Source: Verrucomicrobiales bacterium (lineage in GTDB: Bacteria > Verrucomicrobiota > Verrucomicrobiia > Limisphaerales > J093). Taken from it: DNA of 64,000 bases. The stretch is from assembly GCA_037439785.1 (NCBI GenBank), contig JBBIVJ010000021.1, positions 8,077 to 72,076 on the forward strand, written 5' to 3'. How positions within the stretch are numbered: the stretch's first letter is position 1; each line of letters starts with the position of its first letter. The translations under genes and the position numbers were made by a program. The notes beneath the pieces were generated by a model, which was not told the DNA's origin, made no database searches, and saw only the letters and a program-made list of their open reading frames with translations. Positions 37,582 through 46,001 of the stretch are shown piece after piece.

Positions 37582-37641
37582 GCCGCGCGCGCAACGGCCG
37601 GGTGCCCCGGTCAACGGGCCGCAACTCCAAATTGCGGGGGC

Positions 37642-37760
37642 TGTAGCGCAGGTTTCCAATCTGCCGTAGCGCCGATTTCCCCATCGGCGGCTCATGGGTA
37701 CGCGGAGGGGCTGGGGGTTGAGAAACCCGCGCTGCGGCAGACTCGGAAGTCTGCGCTGCA
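37642..37760. repeat. MITE/REP-like structured intergenic element with imperfect terminal inverted repeats
   Basis: Left TGTAGCGCAGGTTTCCAATCTGCC (37642-37665). The reverse complement of the right end (37736-37760) is TGCAGCGCAGACTTCCGAGTCTGCC. Each end is itself a hairpin, and there is a central hairpin CGCCGAT-ttcccc-ATCGGCG. Confidence 0.45.
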
Positions 37761-37859
37761 ATCAAACCGGCCACGGCAAGAAACGGAGTTTCGCCCTGCC
37801 CAACGCCCGCCCTTTCCGCCGCCTTGCTCCCCGCCCGACGGCTTTCTAGACTGCCGCGC

Positions 37860-38936
37860 ATGATCACCTCGCCCTTGGGCAACTTCCCCCGCCGGCGACC
37901 CCTCGTTTTCCTGCTGGCCGCCGCCGCGACGCTGGCGCCCGGCCGTGCCGATGATCGCGACCCCCGCCTCTGGATCGGCCATGACCGCACCCGCCCGTTG
38001 CCGCCGGTGGTGAACCCCGGCCAGCCCAGCACGCCGGACCGGCCCGGCAAGGCGCCGTCGGATGCCATCGTGCTCTTCGACGGCACGGACCTTTCGCAGT
38101 GGGTGGCGATGAATGGCGAGCCCACCAAGTGGATCATCAAGGACGGCGCGATGGAGTGCGTGCCCGGCAGCGGGTACATCCGCACCCTGCGCTGCTTCGG
38201 CGACGTGCAGTTGCACCTCGAGTTCGCCACGCCCGCCCGGGTCGAGGGCAGCAGCCAGGGCCGCGGCAACAGCGGCCTGTTCTTTGGGCTGACCCGCTAC
38301 GAAATCCAGATTCTCGACAGCTACGACAACCCCACCTATGCGGACGGCTCCTGCGCCTCGGTTTACAACCAGTACCCTCCCCTGGTGAACGCCTCCCGCC
38401 CGCCCGGCCAGTGGCAGAGTTACGACGTGATCTGGACGGCGCCGCGCTTCGAGCCGGACGGCCGCCTGCGCTCGCCCGCACGGGTCACCCTCTTCCACAA
38501 CGGCGTGCTGGTGCACCATGAGGCCGAGTTGATCGGGGACACCGGCTGGGTCACGCGCGGGCCCTACCGCGCGCACCCCGAGAAGCTGCCCATCGCCCTG
38601 CAGGACCACGGCAATCCGGTGCGCTTCCGCAACATCTGGGTGCGCGAGCTGGGTCGGCCGGTCCGGCCGGAGCTGTACCTGGCGGACAAGGTGCTGGACG
38701 GCTTCGCGGGCCGCTACCAGGTCAACCCGGACTGGGTGGTCGAGGTCTCGCGGCGCGGGCCGAACCTGTTCTTCCGGTGGGCGGGGGAGGAGTTCCTGAT
38801 GTATGCCACCACCACCAACCGCTTCTTCGCCAAGACCACCGACATCCAGGTCGAGTTCCAGCGCGAGGGGGGCGAGGACGTCGCTTATTTCTCCGTGGGC
38901 GAAGACCCGGGAATGCGGGCAAAGCGGCTGCGGTAA
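37860..38936 (+). CDS. DUF1080 (3-keto-disaccharide hydrolase-like) domain protein
   Basis: Signal peptide. LFDGTDLSQW...WIIKDGAM..., GNSGLFF...YEIQILD..., ...IALQDHGNPVRFRNIWVREL is the classic DUF1080 pattern, with an extra C-terminal domain. Confidence 0.8.
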   Translation: MITSPLGNFPRRRPLVFLLAAAATLAPGRADDRDPRLWIGHDRTRPLPPVVNPGQPSTPDRPGKAPSDAIVLFDGTDLSQWVAMNGEPTKWIIKDGAMECVPGSGYIRTLRCFGDVQLHLEFATPARVEGSSQGRGNSGLFFGLTRYEIQILDSYDNPTYADGSCASVYNQYPPLVNASRPPGQWQSYDVIWTAPRFEPDGRLRSPARVTLFHNGVLVHHEAELIGDTGWVTRGPYRAHPEKLPIALQDHGNPVRFRNIWVRELGRPVRPELYLADKVLDGFAGRYQVNPDWVVEVSRRGPNLFFRWAGEEFLMYATTTNRFFAKTTDIQVEFQREGGEDVAYFSVGEDPGMRAKRLR

Positions 38937-38966
38937 CCGCGCGCCTTGCGGCAGGCAATTCCTCCG

Positions 38967-39227
38967 GTGCCCGATCTCGCGCGTTTCTTCGGGATTGTGA
39001 TCCGGATGTACGACGACGATCCTCCGCCGCCTCATGTGCACGTCGAGTATCAGAACCAGCGCGCGAAGCTCGACTTTGCAGGCCGGGTGCTGACCGGCCG
39101 CCTGTCCTCGCCGACAGCCTTGCGCCGGATGCGGAAATGGCTGGAGTTGCATCCGCGCGAACTGACCCGCAACTGGAAGCTGGCCGGGCAGGGCAAACCG
39201 CTTGAGCCGATCGCGCCCCTGGCGTAG
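38967..39227 (+). CDS. DUF4160-domain protein
   Basis: (V/M)PDLARFFGIVIRMYDDDPPPPHVHVEYQNQRA... matches the family N-terminus MP.IS.F.GI.I.MY..DH.PPH.H. The GTG start at 38967 is preferred over the TTG at 38946. Confidence 0.75.
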   Translation: MPDLARFFGIVIRMYDDDPPPPHVHVEYQNQRAKLDFAGRVLTGRLSSPTALRRMRKWLELHPRELTRNWKLAGQGKPLEPIAPLA

Positions 39228-39237
39228 CCTCCGCCGC

Positions 39238-39507
39238 ATGGAAAAAATGGTTCACGTCCTCGAAGCCCGCCACGTGCGGAATTACACCCTGCACCTCGAA
39301 TTCGAGGACGGGCAGCAGGGCGAGGTGGACCTGTCCGGTTACCTGCGGCGCGGCCCCATCTTCGAGCCGCTGGCGGACATGGATTTCTTCCGGCGATTCA
39401 CGATCGAGGGCGGCACGGTCACCTGGCCCAATGGCGCGGACATCGCGCCGGAGCGCCTTTACGAAATGGTGGCGCGCGCCAACCGGCGCTTGGAGCCGGC
39501 CCGCTGA
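39238..39507 (+). CDS. DUF2442-domain protein
   Basis: VLEARHVRNYTLHLEFEDGQQGEVDLS...FTIEGGTVTWPNGADIAPERLYE is the typical DUF2442 pattern. It begins 10 nt after the DUF4160 stop. Confidence 0.75.
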   Translation: MEKMVHVLEARHVRNYTLHLEFEDGQQGEVDLSGYLRRGPIFEPLADMDFFRRFTIEGGTVTWPNGADIAPERLYEMVARANRRLEPAR

Positions 39508-39528
39508 GTTTTGACTCCCGTACCTGCC

Positions 39529-40440
39529 ATGAAAATCCCACTGATCACCCTGGTTTTGGTCGCCCTGCCCCTGCTGGCCGCCGAGTCGGTCCTCGCCCCC
39601 GGCGCAAAGGTCGAGAAGCTCGCCGGCGAGTTCCAGTTCACCGAAGGCCCCACCGCCGACGCCGCGGGCAACGTCTTCTTCACCGACCAGCCCAACAACC
39701 GCATCCTCAAGTGGAGCGTGGACGGCCGGCTGTCCACCTTTGCCCAGCCTGCCGGCCGCGCCAACGGCATGTGCTTCGACGCCGGGGGCAACCTCCTCGC
39801 CTGCGCCGACGAGAACAACGAAATGTGGCTCATCCCCGCCGCCGCGGTGGCCCGCGGCACGCTCGAGGGCAAGCAGGTCCTCTTCCGCGAGTTCGCCGGC
39901 AGGCGCCTCAACGGCCCCAACGATGTCTGGTGTCACCCGGATGGCTCCCTGTACTTCACCGACCCCTTCTACAAGCGCCCGTGGTGGACCTGGGAACAGA
40001 TGCCGCAGGACGGCCAGCACGTGTACCGCGCCGCGCCGGACCGCCGCACGCTCACTCGCGTGGCCGACGGCCTCAAGCAGCCCAACGGCATCGTGGGCAC
40101 GCCCGACGGCCGCACGCTCTTCGTGGCGGACATCGGCGATCGCAAGACCTACCGCTTCACCATCCGCCCGGATGGCGCGCTGGCTGACCGCACGCTGTTT
40201 TGCGAGCTGGGCTCGGACGGCATGACGCTGGACGCGGAGGGCAATCTCTACCTCACCGGGCGCGGGGTGACAGTCTTCGACAAGACCGGCCGGCAGATCG
40301 AGAACCTCCCGGTACCGGAAGGCTGGACTGCCAACGTCTGCTTCGGCGGCGCGGACCGGCAGACGCTCTTCATCACCGCCAGCAAGGGCCTGTACGCGGT
40401 GCGGACGCGCGTCCAGGGCGCCTTCAAGCTGGGGAAGTAA
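39529..40440 (+). CDS. SMP-30/gluconolactonase/LRE-family protein (secreted)
   Basis: Signal peptide. FTEGPTADAAGNVFFTD, NGMCFDAGGNLLAC, GPNDVW..PDGSLYFTDP, PNGIVGTPDGRTLFVAD, DGMTLDAEGNLY. Confidence 0.85.
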   Translation: MKIPLITLVLVALPLLAAESVLAPGAKVEKLAGEFQFTEGPTADAAGNVFFTDQPNNRILKWSVDGRLSTFAQPAGRANGMCFDAGGNLLACADENNEMWLIPAAAVARGTLEGKQVLFREFAGRRLNGPNDVWCHPDGSLYFTDPFYKRPWWTWEQMPQDGQHVYRAAPDRRTLTRVADGLKQPNGIVGTPDGRTLFVADIGDRKTYRFTIRPDGALADRTLFCELGSDGMTLDAEGNLYLTGRGVTVFDKTGRQIENLPVPEGWTANVCFGGADRQTLFITASKGLYAVRTRVQGAFKLGK

Positions 40441-40483
40441 GCGACCACCACGCCGCCTCTCCGCCGCGTGAGCCCGGGCCCGC

Positions 40484-41871
40484 TCACTCCACCCGCGTCC
40501 AGAGCACCTTCAGGGAGCGGCCTTCCGGGCAGTTGGACATGACCGGGTGGTCCGGGCCGGCGCCGGTGCGGTCCAGGATTTGCAGCCGGCGCCCCAGCCG
40601 GTGGGCGGCGCGACAGACGAACTGCTCGAAGTCCTCGGCGGAAACCAGTCCCGAGCACGAGCAGGTCACCAGCAGGCCGCCGGGGCGGAGCAACGTGAGC
40701 GCCAGGCTGCTCAAGTCCTCATACCGCCGCTGGCCGTCGCGGAACTCGTCCCGGCCGGCCCGAACTTGGGCGGGTCCGCCACCACCGCGTCCCACTGCGC
40801 GCCGTTGCGCTGCATCTGCCGCGCGTAGCTGAAGGCGTCGCAATGGACCCACTTGCCCCATGCCTGGTTCAGGTGCGCGTTGCGGCGGGCGCGGGCCAGG
40901 GCGGTCTCGTCGGGGTCCACCCCCGTCACGTCCGTGGCGCCGCCCCGCACCGCGGCGGCGAGGGCAAACCCGCCGGTGTAGCAACAGAGGCCCAGCACCC
41001 GCGTCTCCGGGCGGACCAGCCGGCCGAACCGCAGGCGGTTTTCCCGCTGGTCACAGAAAAAACCGGTCTTGTGGCCGCCGGCGAAATTCACCTCGTAGCG
41101 GACGCTGTGCTCGACAATCATGACCGGCGGCACGCGGGCGGCGGCGGCCGGGCGGGGAATGCCTTCGACCTGCGCCGCTCGTTCACTGACCTCGATGACC
41201 TCCCACCGGGTGCCCAGGCGTGCGTGCAGGTGCGGCAGCCAGGTCGAAAGGCGTTGCCAGACGCCCAGGCTGTGCACTTCCACGCTCAGGACATCCGCGT
41301 ATCGGTCCACCACCCAGCCGCTCGGGTCGTCTCCGTCCGAATGCACCACCCGGTAGGCGTCGCCCGCCTCTTCCAGGCGCAGGAGCCGCAGCCCCAGGTC
41401 CACCGCCCGGTCCAGCAACGCCAGACAGTCCGCCTCGGTGAACGGCGGGGGGCCGTGATACAGCATCCGCAACGGCACCCGGGCGCGGGGATGAAACAGG
41501 CCGGCCCCGCACGGCCGCCCCTCCCGGTCGTACACCGTCACCAGGCGGCCGGCCGTGGCATCCGGCGAATGCCCGGCGATCATGGCCGGGTATAGCTGCG
41601 AGGCGAAGCTGTAGTACTTGAGCTGCACCCAGGGGCGGGCGCGTTCGGCCGGCGGCACAGCCGGCCGCTCGGCCAGTGCCCTTGGCGGGGGAGGGGCTGA
41701 CGGACCGGAGGCGGCGGCGGAGGGCGTGGGGGCGGGCTCGGCCCTGCGGCGCTGCGACGGTGCGGCGACATTGGCGTGGAGAGGGTGACGCTTCCGGGCG
41801 GGGGCAGCAAGGTCGGGCCGGCCCCTCGATGGGTGCGGCGGCGGGTCCGCGGTTCGGTGGCCGCGGTTCAA
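40484..41871 (-). pseudogene. rlmI: RlmI-like class I SAM-dependent 23S rRNA m5C methyltransferase, interrupted by a frameshift near 40750-40762
   Basis: The upstream frame reads ...GHKTGFFCDQRENR...CCYTGGFALAAA...VVADPPKF and then runs into nonsense. The rest (...RRYEDLSSLALTLLRPGGLLVTCSCSGL...DHPV...PEGRSLKVLWTRVE) is in another frame (ORF 40484-40984). The true start is uncertain: TTG 41871 or an internal GTG. Confidence 0.75.
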
Positions 41872-42782
41872 CGGTCGCGCTGGAGCAGGTGGGCGGCGAG
41901 GGCTTCGAGGGCGCGGGCACGGCCGCGGAAGGGCCGCAGGGCGGCAAAGGCCCGGCGGGTCAACTGCCCGGCGATGGCGCGGGCTTTTTCCAGCCCCACC
42001 AGTGCGGGGTAGGTGGCTTTGCGGCTGGCGGCGTCCTTGCCGGCGGTTTTGCCGAGCTGTTCGCTGGACTGGGTGACGTCGAGGATGTCGTCAATGACCT
42101 GGAAGGCCAGGCCGACGTGGCGGCCGAAGTCGGACAACGCGGCCAGTTGGGCGGGCGGGCAATTGGCGCTCATGCCGCCCAGCCGCACGGCGCAACAGAG
42201 CAGGGCCGAGGTTTTGCGTTCGTGGATGTAGCGCAGTTGGGCGGGGGTGACCGGCCGGCCCTCGGCTTCGAGGTCGGCCACCTGCCCGCCGACCAGTTGG
42301 CGGGAGCCGGCCGCCGCGGCCAGATCCCGGATCAGCCGCTGGTGGGGGTACCGCGGCCAGCCGCGCGCGGCGGTGACCATTTCAAAGGCGATGGTCAGCA
42401 GGGCGTCGCCGGCCAGAATGGCGATGCCCTCGCCAAAGACCTTGTGGTTGGTCGGCTTGCCCCGGCGGAAGTCGTCGTTGTCCATCGCCGGCAGGTCGTC
42501 GTGGATGAGCGAGTAGGTGTGGATGCACTCGACGGCGCAGGCCAGCGGCATGGCCTCGGCCCGGGAGCCGCCGCAGGCCTCGGCGGCGGCCAGGCAGAGG
42601 GCCGGGCGCAGGCGCTTGCCGCCGGCGAAAAGCGAGTAACGCATGGCCTGGTGCAGCGTGGCAGGTCGCGCGCTGGCCCGGGGGAGGTAATGGTCCAGCG
42701 CGGCGTTCACCTCGGCCGTGCAGCGGGCCAGATAGGCGGGCAGGTCAAAATCCGTCGCGGCCGGTGCGGCGGTGTGCGGCAT
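41868..42782 (-). CDS. Polyprenyl (farnesyl/geranylgeranyl) diphosphate synthase family protein
   Basis: GGKRLRP, the first DDxxD block LIHDDLPAMDNDDFRRGKPT, and the second block QVIDDILD. Confidence 0.88.
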   Translation of the reverse strand: MPHTAAPAATDFDLPAYLARCTAEVNAALDHYLPRASARPATLHQAMRYSLFAGGKRLRPALCLAAAEACGGSRAEAMPLACAVECIHTYSLIHDDLPAMDNDDFRRGKPTNHKVFGEGIAILAGDALLTIAFEMVTAARGWPRYPHQRLIRDLAAAAGSRQLVGGQVADLEAEGRPVTPAQLRYIHERKTSALLCCAVRLGGMSANCPPAQLAALSDFGRHVGLAFQVIDDILDVTQSSEQLGKTAGKDAASRKATYPALVGLEKARAIAGQLTRRAFAALRPFRGRARALEALAAHLLQRDR

Positions 42783-42851
42783 GGGCTTGCCTTAAACCGA
42801 ACCGCCGGGGTGGGGCAAGCCTGCAATGGGCGACGGGGTGGCGGGGAGGGG

Positions 42852-42983
42852 GAAATCCGAAATCCGAAGTCTGAAGTCCGGAGCCGGGAAAGGATGGTTG
42901 CTTGAAGGTGGCGCAAGGCCTGCCGTTCCCAAGCCGAGCGGCGGCGAGCCTTCGGATTTCGGATTTCGGATTTCGGATTTCGG
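42852..42983. repeat. Inverted pair of tandem heptamer arrays: (GAAATCC)2-GAAGTCT-GAAGTCC ... 72 nt ... (GGATTTC)4
   Basis: Read directly from the sequence. Left arm is 42852-42880 and right arm is 42953-42983. The arms are reverse complements apart from 3 mismatches. It lies between the fmt stop and the polyprenyl synthase start. Confidence 0.85.
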
Positions 42984-43024
42984 GCCAGGCATCCCGCCAT
43001 CTGCTCCGGCCGGTCTTTGCCCCG

Positions 43025-44017
43025 TCAGGGGGTTGCCAACCTCGTGCCCGGCTCGATCCGGTGTCCGCTCAAGAAGGCCGCGGCGGGCAGGCGCCGGCCG
43101 CCCTCACGTTGCAGCTCGGTCACCCGCAGGGCGTCGGTGCCGCAGCGCACGACCAGGCCGGCGGCATCGGCGGCCAGCACTTCACCCGGCTGTCCGGCGG
43201 TGGCGGGGACAACCGAGGCAGTCCAGATTTTCAGCAGCAGCGGCGTCCCGCCCGGCAGGTACGTGTACGCGCCGGGCCAGGGATTGAGGGCGCGCACGCG
43301 GCGGTGGAGTTCCGCGGCCGGGCGGGTCCAGTCCAGCCGGCCGTCTTCCTTGGTGAGTTTGCGGGCGTAGGTGGCGCCTTCGGCGGGCTGGGGGGTGGGC
43401 GTGATCCGGCCGGCCAGGTGTTCGGGCAGGATGCGCCGGAGCAGGTCCGCGCCCAGGGGGGCCAGCCGGTCGTGGAGGGTTTGGGCGGTGTCGTCGGGCC
43501 GGATGGGGAGGCGGGCCTGTGCCAGCACCGGACCGGTGTCCAGGCCGGCGTCCAGGCGCATGAGGGAAACCCCGGTTTCCGGGTCACCCTCCAGCAGGGC
43601 CCACTGGATGGGGGCGGCGCCGCGGTGCCGGGGCAGCAGCGAGGCGTGGACGTTGAGGCAGCCGTGGGGAGGGATTTCCAGTAGTGCCGGCGGCAGAATC
43701 TGGCCGTAAGCCACCACCACGATCAGGTCGGGCGCGGCGGCGCGGACGTGGTCGAGGAATTCGGGTTCGCGGCAGCGGGCCGGTTGCCAGATTTCGAGGC
43801 CCAGACGTTGGGCGGCGGCCTTCACAGGTGTGGGCAGCAGCCGCAGCTCCCGTCCGTGCGGGCGGTCGGGCTGGGTGACGACGGCGGCAAGCTCGAACGC
43901 CGGCGCGCCGACCAGGGTCTCGAGGGTGGGCACGGCCAGGGCCGCGGTGCCGAAAAAAAACACTCGCGTCCGCGGCGCTCCGCGGGAGGGCGAGGTCGGG
44001 GAGGTGGGGGCGGACAC
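43025..44017 (-). CDS. fmt: Methionyl-tRNA formyltransferase
   Basis: VFFFGTAALAVPTLE..., VTQPDRPHGR, VVVAYGQILP, NVHASLLPRHRGAAPIQWAL. Confidence 0.9.
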   Translation of the reverse strand: MSAPTSPTSPSRGAPRTRVFFFGTAALAVPTLETLVGAPAFELAAVVTQPDRPHGRELRLLPTPVKAAAQRLGLEIWQPARCREPEFLDHVRAAAPDLIVVVAYGQILPPALLEIPPHGCLNVHASLLPRHRGAAPIQWALLEGDPETGVSLMRLDAGLDTGPVLAQARLPIRPDDTAQTLHDRLAPLGADLLRRILPEHLAGRITPTPQPAEGATYARKLTKEDGRLDWTRPAAELHRRVRALNPWPGAYTYLPGGTPLLLKIWTASVVPATAGQPGEVLAADAAGLVVRCGTDALRVTELQREGGRRLPAAAFLSGHRIEPGTRLATP

Positions 44018-44030
44018 GACCGGGCGGGGG

Positions 44031-44258
44031 TCAGGGGCGGTACCGCGAAGCGGGCGGCCGGGACGGCGGGGGGCGGAACGCCTTCGGGGGGGTGGTTACG
44101 CGGCGCTGGCCGAGGGGGGTGCCGCAGCGGCGGCAGAGGTACTCGTGGAGTTCGCCGTCGGGCAGGATCAGGAGCAGGCGCTCCCGCACCGGTTGGGCCT
44201 GGCAGCAACGCGGGCAGTAAAGCTCGCTGGCGACGAGATCGCCAAATTGGGCGGCCAT
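44031..44258 (-). CDS. Small zinc-ribbon protein (CPRC...CRRC), function unknown
   Basis: 75 aa with two CxxC pairs 34 residues apart and a Pro-rich tail. It sits between adk and fmt with 4-nt and 13-nt gaps. Confidence 0.45.
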   Translation of the reverse strand: MAAQFGDLVASELYCPRCCQAQPVRERLLLILPDGELHEYLCRRCGTPLGQRRVTTPPKAFRPPPSRPPASRYRP

Positions 44259-44262
44259 GGGG

Positions 44263-44844
44263 TCAGAGGTGACGGAGGACCTGGAGGATGTCCAGCAGGA
44301 CGGCCACGGGGGGTTGGGCGGCGTTGATTTCGTGGCGCAGCGCCGGCCCGTAGAACGCGAGCACCGGCCGGGTCTCCCGCTCGTAGGTGAGGAGGCGGTC
44401 GCGGATGACTTCCAGGTTGGCGTCGTCGAGGCGGTTTTCGCGCAGGGCGCGGCGCTGGAGCCGCTGGATGAGTTGCTCGCGGTCGGGGCAGGTCAGGTGG
44501 AGGACGGCCCGGACGTCCAGGGTCTCCTGGAGGAGTTCGGCCTGGCGGACGTTGCGGGGGATGCCGTCGAGCACCAGGGTGTCGGTGTCGGGGTGGAAGC
44601 GGCCGGCCCGTTCGCTGTTGGCGATGTACTGGCGCCAGAGTTCGACGGTGGGTTCATCGGGCACCAGCCGGCCCTGGCTGGAGTACTGGACGAAGATGCG
44701 CCCCAGCCCGGTGTCGGGGCGCAGGCTGCGGAAGACCTCGCCGCAGGAGAAGTGGAAAAAGCCGGGGATGGTACCCAGGATGCGACCCTGGGTGCCCTTG
44801 CCGCTGCCCGGCGCGCCGAAGAGGAGAACGGTCTTGAGTTTCAT
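44263..44844 (-). CDS. adk: Adenylate kinase (short-lid type)
   Basis: LLFGAPGSGKGTQ (P-loop), LVLDGIPRNVRQAE, RLDDANLEVIRDRLLTYERETRPVLAFY. Confidence 0.82.
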   Translation of the reverse strand: MKLKTVLLFGAPGSGKGTQGRILGTIPGFFHFSCGEVFRSLRPDTGLGRIFVQYSSQGRLVPDEPTVELWRQYIANSERAGRFHPDTDTLVLDGIPRNVRQAELLQETLDVRAVLHLTCPDREQLIQRLQRRALRENRLDDANLEVIRDRLLTYERETRPVLAFYGPALRHEINAAQPPVAVLLDILQVLRHL

Positions 44845-44868
44845 GCGGGCGGCGGCGGGCGGGCCGGC

Positions 44869-45870
44869 TCAGCGCCCCAGGTCGTCCTTGTGGCGGACCT
44901 GGATTTCGGCGATTTCGCCGATGGCGACGTTGACCTCCCTGGCCCCGGCCTGGATGGGCTGGATGAACATTTCGCTGGCGGAGATGCGGCTGATGCGGCG
45001 GGCCAGGAACTCCTGCTTGGGCGTTTTGATGACGAGCACCAGGTCTTTTTCGGCCTCGGAGGGGACCAACCGGAAGAAGCCGGAGAACTGGGTTTCGATG
45101 AATCGGCGGTTGAAGGTGTAGTCGCCGCGCTTGAAAATCTTGGGCTGGGGCCTGCCGGCGGCGGATTCCTCCTTGGCGGCGGCCACGCGCAGGCCGGTGC
45201 CGCTCATCGGCGGGGGCACGCCCACCTTGCCCAGGGAGCCCCGGGTGGCGGCGGCCGGGCTGCTGGCCACGGCCGGGCCCGGGCCCGGTTCGGGCGGCGG
45301 AACGGCCAGCGCATCCTCGGCGGTGGTCTGCGGGCTGACCAAGGTGGGGGTGGCCAGGAAGATGAGCGGTCCCACCAACGGCAGCAGGGCGGAGAGCCCG
45401 CACACCACGGCGACGGGACGGTTGCGGTACAGGGCGATTTCGTAGGCGGCCAGGAGGTTGGCGAAGTACAGGGCGGCCAGGATGAGCAGGCCAATGGGGC
45501 GGCCGAAGGAGCTGAAAATCGTGGGCCGGCCGGCGGGCAGTTCGACGCGCGGAATTTCCTGGAGCACGACCGGGCGGGGCTTGGGGCGCGGCCGGGCCTC
45601 GGGCGGGATTTCGATGTAGGGCTCGGCAAACTCGCGGGCCCTGGGGCTGGCGGCCAGGGTTTTGAGGGTGGGCTGGTCAAAACGGCCCCACGGGATGCGG
45701 TCCGAAAAGCCGCCGCTACGCAACCGGAACACCACCCCGCTCTCATCAAAGGCCGAAACCTCGCCGTAGATCGTGCTGCCGTCGGTCAGCTTGAATTCCG
45801 CGGCGGACAAGCCGCCTCCCCAACCGAGGAGCCAGGCCCACGCCACAAGCAGGGTACAAAGGCGACGCAT
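44869..45870 (-). CDS. Hypothetical membrane protein (signal peptide, 2 TM, cytoplasmic C-terminal domain)
   Basis: Coding-looking ORF starting at MRRLCTLLVAWAWLLG. TM pair ...IGLLILAALYFANLLAAYEIALY...VAVVCGLSALLPLVGPLIFLA. No family recognised. Confidence 0.55.
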   Translation of the reverse strand: MRRLCTLLVAWAWLLGWGGGLSAAEFKLTDGSTIYGEVSAFDESGVVFRLRSGGFSDRIPWGRFDQPTLKTLAASPRAREFAEPYIEIPPEARPRPKPRPVVLQEIPRVELPAGRPTIFSSFGRPIGLLILAALYFANLLAAYEIALYRNRPVAVVCGLSALLPLVGPLIFLATPTLVSPQTTAEDALAVPPPEPGPGPAVASSPAAATRGSLGKVGVPPPMSGTGLRVAAAKEESAAGRPQPKIFKRGDYTFNRRFIETQFSGFFRLVPSEAEKDLVLVIKTPKQEFLARRISRISASEMFIQPIQAGAREVNVAIGEIAEIQVRHKDDLGR

Positions 45871-46001
45871 GTTGCGGCAGTGGTTAGCAAACCGGGGGCC
45901 ACGAAGAAAGTCTTTTCCCCACCCCACATCCCCGGAGAGGAGGGCGGGGCGGCCGGCAGATCCGGGTTTTCCGCGGCCGGCGTTTATGGTAGGTCGGGGC
46001 C

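Noticed and set aside
42852-42983. Heptamer arrays here (and at 54623-55112) considered as a CRISPR array
   Set aside because: The repeat unit is 7 nt and directly tandem, with no spacers and no cas genes. This is not CRISPR.
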